From an uncultured delta proteobacterium (GTDB lineage Bacteria; Myxococcota; Myxococcia; Myxococcales; Anaeromyxobacteraceae): a stretch of 64,000 bases of DNA. Below the pieces are notes generated by a model. It was not told the origin of the DNA, searched no databases, and saw only the letters and a program-made list of their open reading frames with translations. Location: NCBI GenBank assembly GCA_963845515.1, contig CAWJSR010000017.1:1-64000 (forward strand), given 5' to 3'. Positions within the stretch are counted from its first letter, which is position 1, and each line of letters begins with the position of its first letter. The position numbers were made by a program, and so were the translations under genes. Shown in pieces: positions 1-11,688 of the stretch.

Positions 1-1291
1 CGCGCCCGGCGTCAGCGGGCGGCCGCGCCGCGGCCAGCTCGAGGGCCGTGCGCACCACATCGGCCACCGACGCGCGGTCGCGCAGCTGGCACTGCAGCAC
101 GGGCGTCGCGGAGTCGAGCCCGAGCGCCTTGGAGATCTGCTTCTGGCCGAGCTCCTCGCCGGCCATCGACATGTACGTGGCGACCACGTAGGGCACGTCG
201 CCGAGGCTCTTGAGGAACTGCAGGTCGGCGCGCGTGGAGCGCAGGCTGTCCAGGTCGTTGGCGTTGGCAAGCAGGACCCACGCCGAGCTCTCGCCGGCGA
301 GCCGCTTCCAAGCCTGCTCGGGGCACGAGGACGCGGCCGTGAAGACCAGTACATCGGCAACCTCTCCCGTCTCCCCTGCCCCATTGCCGTTGCCGTTGCC
401 CGACGGCAGCTGGCCGGCGACGATGGGGATCTCCACTTCCTTCTCGTCGATGAGCTCCACGCGGAGCTGCTTGACCACGTTGGAGTCGGTCAGCGTGTTG
501 AGGAACACCTCGTTGTAGATGTCGATCGCCCCCCGGACGGCCACGCTGGTGCCCTTGCCGATGCTCTCGATGACCGGCTCGCTCACGTTGATCAGGCCGC
601 TGGAGTACAGGCTGTACATGACCTTGGCGCCGTGGAACCTGTCCAGGCCGCAGTCGCGAAGGATGGTGTTGATGTCGGCGCGGCCGTCGATGTGGACGAC
701 CACGCGCCACTCCTCGGCGGTGAGCGTGAGGCTGCCCTCTTCGGCCACGTGCTCCCCATACGCGAGGTGCGGCACGCGCTCCAGCGACCCGAGCTGCTCG
801 AAGATGAGCGCCCATTCGTCGATGCGCCGGCAGCCCTCCATGATCACGGTCTCGACGCTCATCTCGACGAGGACGTCCTCCTCCGGCGGCGTGTCCTCGG
901 CGGCGAACTCGAACTCGCCGTCGGCCCAGCTGAAGAAGGTGAAGGCGGTGTCCTGGATCTGCTCGCGCACCGCCTGCTCCAGGGTCTCGCGGTCTATGTG
1001 CCCCTGCTTGAGCAGGATGCCGCCGAGGCGCGACGCGCCGCCCGACTTCTTCTGCGCCGCGAGCGCCTGCTTGAGCTGCGCGCTGCTGATGGCCCCGGCC
1101 TTGACCAGACGCTCGCCGAGCGGGAGCAGCTGCGGCTGGGAGTAGGCGTACGAGATGGTCCCGTCGCGGAAGAAGACCTTGCCCGACCCGCCCTCGCGGC
1201 GGATGGTCAGCGCGCCGCTCTTGGCGCTCATCTTCACCAGCTGGAAGATGTTGGGGAGACTGAACTCCTGCAGGTTGCCCTGGAGAAGCAC
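1..1291 (-). CDS. DUF4388 (PatA-N-like) domain protein with C-terminal degenerate MglA/conservon-type GTPase-like domain; runs off window edge
   Basis: Not in ORF track because it has no stop in the window. GTG at 1291 follows RBS AAAGGAGG. It reads LLQGNLQEFSLPNIFQLVKMSAKSGALTIRREGGSGKVFFRDG...LGERLVKAG...FFSWADGEFEF...EGCRRIDEW (DUF4388 pattern), then ...VPYVVAT...LGLDSATPVLQCQLRDRASVADVV. Confidence 0.8.
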   Translation of the reverse strand, partial: MLLQGNLQEFSLPNIFQLVKMSAKSGALTIRREGGSGKVFFRDGTISYAYSQPQLLPLGERLVKAGAISSAQLKQALAAQKKSGGASRLGGILLKQGHIDRETLEQAVREQIQDTAFTFFSWADGEFEFAAEDTPPEEDVLVEMSVETVIMEGCRRIDEWALIFEQLGSLERVPHLAYGEHVAEEGSLTLTAEEWRVVVHIDGRADINTILRDCGLDRFHGAKVMYSLYSSGLINVSEPVIESIGKGTSVAVRGAIDIYNEVFLNTLTDSNVVKQLRVELIDEKEVEIPIVAGQLPSGNGNGNGAGETGEVADVLVFTAASSCPEQAWKRLAGESSAWVLLANANDLDSLRSTRADLQFLKSLGDVPYVVATYMSMAGEELGQKQISKALGLDSATPVLQCQLRDRASVADVVRTALELAAARPPADAGR

Positions 1292-1446
1292 CGCCCTCCT
1301 TTCGTCTGTCGCCAGGCTCGCCGGAGGGGCCGCGCACGCGCGGCCCGCCGTAACCTACATCGGCAACGCGGCCGCCGACTTGAGTAGTGGAGGCGGCCTC
1401 TGCGGCCGCGCGCAGGGGCGTGCAGAAAGCGGCGCGGGCGGCGTAC

Positions 1447-2823
1447 TCAGCGGCCGCCGGGGACGGCGACCGGCACGCCGTCGCGGCGGTCCGCCCCAGC
1501 CTCGCCGTCGACGGCGGCCTCGGCTCTCGCGTCGCCGGGCGCCGGCCCGTCCGGCAGGCAGCAGGCGCCCGCCTCGCAGGTCCCCTCCTCGACCACGCTG
1601 CTGCGCCGCAGAGCGAGGAGGCCGCCGCCCGCGGTGGCCAGCGTGGCGACCCCGCCGAGAGCGAGGGCCCAGCGCACGCCGAGGCCCCGGGCGAGAAGGC
1701 CGGCGATGGGGCCGCCGATCGGCGTGCTGCCGAGGAACACGATCGACGACAGCGCCATCACGCGGCCTCGCAGTGCGTCCACGGCGTTGAGCTGCAGCAG
1801 GGCGTTGGTGGTGCTGAAGTAGAGGACCCCCGCCCCGCCGATGAGCACCAGGAACACGAGCCCGGCGTAGTACCCGGGGGCGAGCGCCAGCGCGATGGTG
1901 GCGACGCCGAAGGCGAACGCCGCGCCGACCAGCAGCCGGCGCGAGGGGCGCGTCCTGCTCGCCATGAGCAACGCCCCGGCGAGCGCGCCGGCGCCCATCG
2001 CCGCGGAGAGGACTCCGTAGGAGCCGCCGCCGCGGCCGAACACCTCCTTGGTCAGCAGCGGCAGCAGCACCGAGTAGTTGTAGGCGAGCGTGCTGATCAG
2101 CGCCAGCATGATGAGGGGAACGCGCAGCGACTGCGACTGCCAGGCGTACTTGAAGCCCGCGCGCACCTGCCCGCGCTCGCGCGGGACGCGCTTGCTGGGC
2201 CGCAGTTCGCCGGTACGCATCAGGAGGAGCGCGACGATCACCGCCACGAACGAGGCGGCGTTGAAGAAGAAGCACGGCGCCACCCCGACCCCGGCGATGA
2301 GCACGGCGCCGATGGCGGGGCCGATGATGCGCGAGGAGTTGATGATGACGGAGTTGAGCCCGATGGCGTTGGCCAGGTCGCCGGGCCCCACCATCTCGTA
2401 GAGGAAGCTCTGCGCCGCCGGGATGCCGAGCGCCGTGGCCGTGCCGGTGAGCCCGGCGAGGACCCAGATCATCCACACGGTGACGACGTCCGTGGCCGTG
2501 AGCACGCCGAGGACGAGCGCGAGCAGCCCGGCGGCGGCCTGCGTGAAGATGAGCAGCTTGCGCTTGTCGAGGCGGTCGGCGAGCGTGCCTCCCCAGGCCC
2601 CGAACAGCAGCACGGGGCCGAACTGGAGGCCCACCGTGATGCCGAGGTCCACGGCGCTGCTGGTCAGGGTGAGGACCAGCCAGTTCTGGGCGACCGACTG
2701 CATCCAGGTGCCGCTCATGGAGACGACCTGGCTGAAGAAGTACAGCCGGTAGTTGTAGAGGCGGAGCGAGCGGAACGTGCGCGCGAAGAGGCCGGCGGCC
2801 GGCGCGGGGGAGCTGGCGGTCAT
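1447..2823 (-). CDS. MFS transporter (DUF894/MFS_3-type)
   Basis: FRSLRLYNYRLYFFSQVVSMSGTWMQSVAQNWLVL, motif A GGTLADRLDKRKLL, about 12 hydrophobic segments; ATG at 2823. Confidence 0.9.
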   Translation of the reverse strand: MTASSPAPAAGLFARTFRSLRLYNYRLYFFSQVVSMSGTWMQSVAQNWLVLTLTSSAVDLGITVGLQFGPVLLFGAWGGTLADRLDKRKLLIFTQAAAGLLALVLGVLTATDVVTVWMIWVLAGLTGTATALGIPAAQSFLYEMVGPGDLANAIGLNSVIINSSRIIGPAIGAVLIAGVGVAPCFFFNAASFVAVIVALLLMRTGELRPSKRVPRERGQVRAGFKYAWQSQSLRVPLIMLALISTLAYNYSVLLPLLTKEVFGRGGGSYGVLSAAMGAGALAGALLMASRTRPSRRLLVGAAFAFGVATIALALAPGYYAGLVFLVLIGGAGVLYFSTTNALLQLNAVDALRGRVMALSSIVFLGSTPIGGPIAGLLARGLGVRWALALGGVATLATAGGGLLALRRSSVVEEGTCEAGACCLPDGPAPGDARAEAAVDGEAGADRRDGVPVAVPGGR

Positions 2824-2894
2824 GGACCTGAGTCTACCCGCCTGGGCCGCCCGCGCCCGCCGGCGGGCGGCGGCGACTCCCCACCCGCGCCGGG

Positions 2895-3143
2895 TCAGGC
2901 CTTCTGCAGGTAGACCAGCCCGCCGCGCACCTTGACCTTCACGGCGGCGCCGGACGTCGTGACCGCCTTGCGCAGGCCGACGTTGAGCGAGTTCGCCTTG
3001 CGGCCCGGGAGCTCGACGAGCGCCGAGTCCAGGCCGGAGGAGACGAAGTCGGCGACGATGTCCGCGTACAGGCCTCCGGCCCTGCCCGTCTGCGCCGGGA
3101 CCTCGGCGGGGACCAGCCGGTACGGCTTCGCGGTGCGTGACAT
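2895..3143 (-). CDS. Small basic hypothetical protein (82 aa)
   Basis: RBS GGAGGTG before ATG 3143; MSRTAKPYRLVP...GLYADIVADF...KVKVRGGLVYLQKA; coding-like codon use. Confidence 0.65.
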   Translation of the reverse strand: MSRTAKPYRLVPAEVPAQTGRAGGLYADIVADFVSSGLDSALVELPGRKANSLNVGLRKAVTTSGAAVKVKVRGGLVYLQKA

Positions 3144-3260
3144 GAGCACCTCCACAGGTGGCTTGCGCCGCTTCTTCGCTGCGACGTCCCCCGGGGAGTC
3201 TACGCCGTTCATCGCCGGGGTACACCTCGGCTCACGGACCACCTACACGATGAGGACACC

Positions 3261-3646
3261 ATGGACGTCAAGAACGAAGCGTTCCTCCCGCTGTTCGCCG
3301 AGGTGAAGGAGCTGCTCGCCCCGTATGCAGGGCGGCTGACAGTGCGCAAGGACGAGCCCGGGTACTTCGACCTGTGGTCGGAGAAGGACATCGAGGTCGA
3401 CGGCCGCAGACGCAACGGACGTGTTCTTCTGCGGCCTCATCATCCAGAAGAGCTACGTGGGTTTCTACTTCATGCCGCTGTACGCCGACCAGGAGCGGTC
3501 GCTGGTGTTCGGACCCGACCTGCTGGCGCGAGCTGAAGGGCAAGTCGTGCTTCCACCTCAAGGAGCTGACGCCCGAGCTGCGCGAACAGCTGCGGGACGC
3601 GCTCGCCGCCGGCTGGCGCCTGTACGAGGAGCGCGGCTGGGTGTGA
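3261..3646 (+). CDS. DUF1801/YdhG-like protein (frameshifted in read)
   Basis: [19 protein letters not shown]...[20 protein letters not shown]...[10 protein letters not shown]...[11 protein letters not shown], pieced across three frames. Confidence 0.7.
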
Positions 3647-3760
3647 GGGGCGGCGGCGCGGCCGGCGCCGACCTTGACTCCGGCGGGCCGGCGACGAACG
3701 ATGGTCGCACGACCATCACTCCGCCGGCGAGACGGCGGACGCAGCACGGAGGGGGCGCAC

Positions 3761-5496
<1,736 letters not shown>

Positions 5497-5498
5497 CG

Positions 5499-8166
5499 GT
5501 GGTCGGCCTCGTCCTCGTCAGTCACAGCGCGAGGCTCGCCGAAGGCGCAGCCGAGCTGGCCGCGCAGATGGCCGGGCCGGAGGTGCGCATCGGCGCCGCC
5601 GGCGGGCTCGACGAGCCCGCGGGCGCCCTCGGCACCGACGCGGTCAAGGTGCTGGCGGCGATCGAGGACGTCTGGTCCGACGACGGCGTGCTCGTCCTCA
5701 TGGACCTCGGCAGCGCCGTGCTCTCCGCCGAGCTGGCCGTCGACCTGCTCGGCGAAGAGCGGCGCGGCCGCGTGCTGCTCACCTCCGCGCCGCTGGTGGA
5801 GGGCGCCGTGGCCGCAGCCGTGGCCGCCGGCCTCGGCGACCCGCTCGAGACCGTGGCGGCGGCCGCCCGCGACGGCCTCGCGGCGAAGCGCGAGCACCTC
5901 GAGGAGCCGGAGGCGTGCGCGGACGACCGGCCCAGTCGCGGTCGCGGCGTGGGCCGCTCCGGCACCCGGGCCGCGGACCGTGGCGCCGTCGCCGGCGGCC
6001 GGTAGTGAGGGCCCGCCGTCGACCGGCGCACGTGACCGTGCGCAATCGCCTCGGGCTGCACGCGCGCCCGGCGGCGCTGCTCGTGCGCACCCTCGCGCCT
6101 CTGGACGCCCGCGTCACGCTCGCCGTCCCCGCGCGGGGCCGCGGGCCGGCGGACGCGCGCAGCCTCACCGCCGTCGGCGGGCTCGGAGTCCGCTGCGGCG
6201 AGCAGGTGCTCGTGAGCGCGAGCGGAGCACAGGCGACAGAGGCGCTGGAGACGATGCGCCGACTGGCCGACGAGGGGTTCGGCGAGCCCGACGACCTCGT
6301 CGAGCCGGCCGGCGCCTCCCCGGCGGCGCCGGAGGCGGAGGGCGGGACATCGGCGCTCGAAACTGCAGGTGGCGCCCCAGCGCTCGAGCCGCCGGCGGCA
6401 GGCACCGTCCTGGCCGGTGTGCCCGCGGCGCCCGGTGTGGCGCTCGGACCGGCGCGGCTGCCGCACCGGCCGTCCGCTCACGCCGGCACCTGGCTCGCGC
6501 AGGGCGACCCCGACACGGAGTGGCGAGCGCTGGAGGCGGCGCGCGAGGCCGTAGCGGAGGACCTGCGCCGGTCGCGTGCGGCGATGGAGGGTCGCGTGGG
6601 CGCCTCCGAGGCGACGATCTTCGACGCGCACCTGCTGCTCGTCGACGACCCCGGGCTCCTGGAGCCGGCGCACGAGGCGGTGTTCGCCCGCGGTGAGCCG
6701 GCAGGGCGCGCGTGGGCCGAGGCGGTCGCGTGCGCGGCGGCCGCATGGGACGCCCTCGACGAGCCGTACCAGCGGGCCCGCGCCGCGGACGTGCGCGACG
6801 TCGGGGACCAGGTGCTGCGGCGTCTGGCGCCGGGCGGCGGCGTCCCGAGGCAACCCGGCGCGCAGAGCGAGAGCGCGGGACAAGAGCGTGACGCGGAAAC
6901 GACCGGCGCGCCCGCGGTGTTCGTGACCGGCGAGCTCACACCGGCCGACGTGGCCGGCTTCGCGCCAGGGGCGGTGGCGGGGGTCGCCTGCGCCGGCGGC
7001 GGGCCGACGGCCCACGCCGTGATCCTCGCGCGCGCGCTCGGAGTCCCCGTGGTGGTGGGCGCCGGCGAGACGCTGCTCCGCGTCGAGGATGGGACGCCCC
7101 TGCTGGTCGACGGCGACGCGGGCACCGTGACCGTGCGGCCGCCGACGACGAGCTGGCGGCGCTGGAGGAGCGGCGGAAGACGCACGAGCAGGAGGCCGCC
7201 GCTGCTGCCGGTCTCGCCTCCGCACCGGCGGTGACCCGGGACGGCATGACGATCGCCGTGGAGGCCAACGTCGGACGGCCGGGAGAGGCGGACGCCGCCG
7301 TCTCCGCCGGCGCCGACGGCGTGGGGCTCCTGCGCACCGAGTTCCTGTTCCTGGACGCCGTGGAGTTGCCGGACGAGGACGAGCAGGTGGCGGCCTACGA
7401 GGCCGTCGCCGCCGCCCTGCGGGGCCGGCCTCTGACCATCCGCACGCTCGACGCCGGCGCCGACAAGCCACTCCCGGCGCTGCCAACGGCGCCGGAGCGG
7501 AACCCCTTCCTCGGGGTCCGCGGCCTGCGCCTGAGCCTGCTGCATCCAGACCAGCTCCGCTGCCAGTTGCGCGCGGCCCTGCGCACAGCGGCCGCGTACC
7601 CGGTGCGCGTGATGTTCCCGATGGTCGCGGAGGCGGACGAGCTGCGGCGGGCGCGCGCGGTGCTGGAGGAGGCGCGCGCCGAGCTCGCCGAGCGCGGTGT
7701 ACCAACGCCGGAGCACCTCGAGGTCGGGGTGATGCTCGAGGTGCCGTCGGCGGCGCTCCTGGCGGAGCAGCTGGCGCCGCTCGCCGACTTCTTCTCGGTG
7801 GGGACCAACGACCTGACGCAGTACACGCTGGCCGCCGAGCGCGGCAACGCCGGCGTGGCGGCGCTCGGCGACCCGCTGCACCCCGCCGTGCTGCGGCTGA
7901 TCGAGCGCACCGCCGCGGCGGCGCTCGCCGCCGGCCGCACCCTCGCCGTGTGCGGCGAGGCGGCCGGCGACCCCGCCGCCGTCCCGCTCCTGCTCGGCCT
8001 CGGCGTGCGCGAGCTCTCGATGAGCCCCGTGCGGATCGCCGCGGCCAAGCAGGCGGTGCGGAGCACCGATCTGGCCGCGGCGCGCCGCCTCGCCGAGCAG
8101 GCGCTCGCCGCGGAGTCGGCCGCCGCGGTGCGGCGCCTGCTGGCCGCGGCGGCCTCCTCGGGGTAG
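5499..8166 (+). CDS. dhaM: Multiphosphoryl transfer protein DhaM(EIIA)-HPr-Enzyme I fusion (indels near 5990 and 7140)
   Basis: VGLVLVSHS...MDLGSA (DhaM EIIA); [11 protein letters not shown] (HPr); [55 protein letters not shown] (full Enzyme I). Confidence 0.88.
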
Positions 8167-8179
8167 CCTCTCCTGCGAG

Positions 8180-8767
8180 ATGACGAGCGGATCCGACACC
8201 CTGCACATCCTCGCCCTGGTCGGCAGCCTCCGGCGCGGGTCCTACAACCGCCTGCTGTACCAGACGGCCGTCTCGCTGGCGCCGGCCGGCATGGCGTTCA
8301 CCGAGGCCGACCTCCGCTCGCTGCCCCTCTACGACGACGACGTGCGCCTGGAGCAGGACTACCCGGAGACCGCCCGGGCGCTGCGCGCCGCCATCGCCGC
8401 CGCCGACGGGCTGCTCATCGTCTCCCCCGAGTACAACCACGCCGTGCCGGGAGTGCTGCAGAACGCCATCGACTGGGCCTCGCGCCCGCCGGACCAGCCG
8501 TTCAAGGGCAAGCCGGTGGCGATCATGGGCGCGTCGACCGGCCGCCTGGGCACGGTGCGCATGCAGCACAGCCTGCGCACCACGCTCGACTCGCTCGAGG
8601 CGCACACGCTGCTCAAGCCCGAGGTGATGGTCGGGGATGCGCGGGACTGCTTCGACGAGACGTGCCTGATCGACGACAAGGGCCGCGAGATCGTCGCCCT
8701 CCTCATGACCGCGTTCGAGGTCTGGGTGCGGCGCTTCGCTCCGGCCGCGAAGCCCGAAGAGGCCTGA
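8180..8767 (+). CDS. NADPH-dependent FMN reductase (ChrR/SsuE-like)
   Basis: GSLRRGSYN, SPEYNHAVPGVLQNAIDWASR, GKPVAIMGAS. Confidence 0.9.
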   Translation: MTSGSDTLHILALVGSLRRGSYNRLLYQTAVSLAPAGMAFTEADLRSLPLYDDDVRLEQDYPETARALRAAIAAADGLLIVSPEYNHAVPGVLQNAIDWASRPPDQPFKGKPVAIMGASTGRLGTVRMQHSLRTTLDSLEAHTLLKPEVMVGDARDCFDETCLIDDKGREIVALLMTAFEVWVRRFAPAAKPEEA

Positions 8768-8837
8768 TCCCGGCGGAGGCCGTACGGGCCGGCGTGACGC
8801 CGGGCGTGCCCGGCCGGCGCGCCCCGGGCGCGCCTCG

Positions 8838-10015
8838 TCAGCGGCCGCGCGCGAACGCGGCGCGCCAGATCTCCTCGTAGTCCGAGGGCCCGCCGATCTC
8901 GCGCGGGTTGCCCACCGTCTGCGGGTCGTCGAAGGAGATCCTCGCGAGCAGGGGCACCTCGTCCTCCGCTGAAGCCGAGCTCCTCCAGCGTGGGGATGCC
9001 GACGGCGTCCGTGAGCCGGTCGATCTCGCGGACGCCGGCCAGCGCCGCCTCCAGCGGGCCCAGGCCGGCGACGTCCGCCCCGAGCCCGCGCGCGAGGCGC
9101 GCGTATCGCTCGGGGCTGAGCAGGCGCGTTGAACTCGCTCACGGGGCCCAGGAGGCGCGCCGTGAGCGCCCCGTGCGAGCAGTCGTGCACCCCGCCGGCG
9201 GACTGGCTCATCGCGTGCGCGGCGCCGGCGCTCTCGGTGCCGTAGGCCATGCCGCCGAGCGCGGCCGCGTAGGCCATCCCGGTGCGCGCCTCCAGGTCCG
9301 ATCCGTCGGCGACCGCCCTCTCCAGCCACGTCGCGACCAGCTCGACCGCGTGCAGCGCGACGGCGTCGTTGAAGAACTGGTGGTAGTCGCAGGTGTAGCA
9401 CTCCACCGCGTGCGCCAGCGCGTCCATGCCCGTCGCGGCGGTGATCGCCGGAGGCATGCCGAGCATGAGCTCGGGGTCGATGACCGCCGCGTGCGCGGCG
9501 ATGAGCGGCGTACCGCCGACGTTGAACTTGACCTCGCGGTCCGGGTCGGTGATCACCGCCCAGAGCGTGACCTCGCTGCCGGTGCCGGCGGTGGTGGGGA
9601 CGGTGACGAGCGGCGGGATGCGGCACTCGATGGGGTCGTGTCCCCACTCGTAGCTCGCGATGGAGCCGCCGTGGGCGGCCACCACGCCGATGGCCTTGGC
9701 CACGTCCATCGGCGACCCGCCGCCCACGGCCACGAGGCCGTCGCAGCCCTCGCGCTCGTACAGCGCGGCGGCCTCGTCCACGAGCTCGATGTCCGGGTTC
9801 GGCCGGACCTCGGCGAAGACGACGACGTCGTCGCCGAGCTGTTCCAGCGCCCGCCCGGCGAGACCCGCCGCGACGACGCCCGGGTCGGTGACCAGCAGCG
9901 GCCGCGAGACGCCGAGCCCGGCGACGAGCTCGCCCAGCTGCGCGAGCGCGCCGGGCCCGTGCACCAGCGTCGTCGGCGTGTCGATGCTGCGTACCGGGTC
10001 GACGTCCACGCTCAT
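8838..10015 (-). CDS. Iron-containing alcohol dehydrogenase, GbsB/choline dehydrogenase-like (indels near C-terminus)
   Basis: GGGSPMDVAK, PTTAGTGSEVTLWAVITD, DALAHAVECYT, YGTESAGAAHAMSQ, DPQTVGNPR; these closely recall B. subtilis GbsB motifs. Confidence 0.85.
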
Positions 10016-10494
10016 GGTGCTGCCTCCGAGTCCGAGCTCTCCGGGTCCTTGCCGGCCGCTGGGGGCCGCGCCCTATCCTAGCTCGGATGAGGCCTCCGGC
10101 TGCGGCCGCGCACCACGAGCACGGCCATCAGGTCGGTCGCTGTCGAGGCACTCCGTTGCCGGGTGACGCCGCCGGGCACCCCATCAAGTGCTCGAGCCAC
10201 TGAAGACCCCCGGGTGCGGGGACCCGGGAGGTCCCCGCGAATCAGAGCCGCGAAGGCCCGCGGCGGATAGCCCCGGCTCATCCGCAGACAGAGCGACCCG
10301 GAGACCGCCGACCGCACCGTGCCTCACCGGCGAGTCTGACGGGGCATCAAGTCTCACCCTCAACTTGAGCGTTGGTGTTCCCCCTCTCCGCACTCGTCCC
10401 ATCGCACCACTTGAAGCCCGCCGCCTGAGATGCGAGGGTTTGCGGGGGCGCACGCGCGCGCCTCGTCCCGCAGACCGACGGCTGGAGTGACACG

Positions 10495-11127
10495 ATGGCG
10501 ATCCTGCTCGATTCCGCCTCCCTCGACGACGCTGCCGCGGCGGCCAGACTGGGCTTCGTCAGCGGCATCACCACCAACCCGGCGCTGATGCGGCGCGAGA
10601 CCGACAAGCCGCTCGAGCACCTGGCACGCCTGCTGGAGGCCTTTCCGGACGGGCCGATCTGCTACCAGCCGACGCTCAGCACGCCCGAGGTGATGGAGGA
10701 GCAGGCGCGAGCCGCGGCGGCCCTCGCGCCCGACCGCGTGGTCGCCAAGCTGCCGGCCACGCTCGAGGCGATCAGCCTGGCGGCGGCGCTGAACGCCGAC
10801 GGCATCGACAGCGCCCTCACCGCGGTGTACTCGCCGGCCCAGGCGCTGCTCGCGCACGAGGCCGGCTGCATCTGGGTGATCCCGTACGTGGACCGCGCCG
10901 CCCGGCACTCCGCCGGCGCGGTGGTGGTGGAGCAGGCGGCGCTGCTGGAGCAACTGGACAGCCCCACGCGCATCCTCGCCGCCAGCCTCAAGACGGCGGC
11001 GCAGGTCGTGGAGACCATCCTCGACGGCGCCCACGACATCACGGCGCCGCTCGACGTGATCCGCGCGCTGCCGGCGCACCCGCTCACCGAGTCCGCGGTG
11101 CGCGAGTTCGCGGCGCACTGGGAGTAG
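10495..11127 (+). CDS. Transaldolase-family protein with fructose-6-phosphate aldolase (FSA)-type residues
   Basis: LDSA, GITTNPALM, Schiff-base Lys in VVAKLPAT, TAVYSPAQA, ILAAS; has GPICYQ and IPYVDR instead of transaldolase Glu and PF. Confidence 0.85.
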   Translation: MAILLDSASLDDAAAAARLGFVSGITTNPALMRRETDKPLEHLARLLEAFPDGPICYQPTLSTPEVMEEQARAAAALAPDRVVAKLPATLEAISLAAALNADGIDSALTAVYSPAQALLAHEAGCIWVIPYVDRAARHSAGAVVVEQAALLEQLDSPTRILAASLKTAAQVVETILDGAHDITAPLDVIRALPAHPLTESAVREFAAHWE

Positions 11128-11177
11128 GTCCGGCTCGCCGGGCAGTCCGCGGGCCGGCCGGCCGCTCGGCGCCGGGC

Positions 11178-11684
11178 TCAGCCTCCGGCCAGGCGCCGGG
11201 CCGCCTCGCGCTCGACGGCGAGGCCGAGCTCGTTGGGGTCGCCGTGGCGCAGCGCCCGCGTGGGGCACACGCGCACGCACGCGGGCTCCAGGCCCTCGGC
11301 CACGCGGTCCACGCAGAGGTCGCACTTCTGCATGACGCCGTCCGCGCCGAAGCGCGGCACGCCGTACGGGCAGGCGATGGCGCACCCGTGGCAACCGATG
11401 CAGAGGCCGGCGTCGACGCGGACGACCGCCGGCTCCCCGCTGCGCTGCAGCGCCGTGGTGGGGCACGCCAGCACGCACGGCGCGTCCTCGCAGTGCATGC
11501 AGGCGAGCGAGACGTAGCGCAGGCTCGCCTCCGGGTACGCGCCGCTCTCGACGGTGAACACCGTGCGCCAGGCCATGGACCCTTCGGCCGTCTCGAGGTC
11601 GTTCTGGTCCATGCAGGCGACCGCGCAGGCGTAGCAGCCGGTGCAGCGGTCGATGTCGAGGTAGAAGGCGTCGCGGGCGCTCAC
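11178..11684 (-). CDS. 4Fe-4S dicluster electron-transfer subunit (DmsB-like)
   Basis: CTGCYACAVAC, CMHCEDAPCVLACP, CIGCHGCAIACP, KCDLC...PACVRVCP; RBS GGGAGG before GTG 11684. Confidence 0.9.
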   Translation of the reverse strand: MSARDAFYLDIDRCTGCYACAVACMDQNDLETAEGSMAWRTVFTVESGAYPEASLRYVSLACMHCEDAPCVLACPTTALQRSGEPAVVRVDAGLCIGCHGCAIACPYGVPRFGADGVMQKCDLCVDRVAEGLEPACVRVCPTRALRHGDPNELGLAVEREAARRLAGG

Positions 11685-11688
11685 GACG

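Noticed and set aside
5522..10015. 1497-aa ORF and other long Arg/Ala/Pro-rich ORFs in the track
   Set aside because: These are shadow frames typical of very high GC DNA, or real genes running on after an indel.
10150..10480. tmRNA, RNase P, SRP, or SAM, cobalamin, glycine or c-di-GMP riboswitch
   Set aside because: Only scattered short matches (e.g. GCCACTG); the required conserved cores are absent or out of order.
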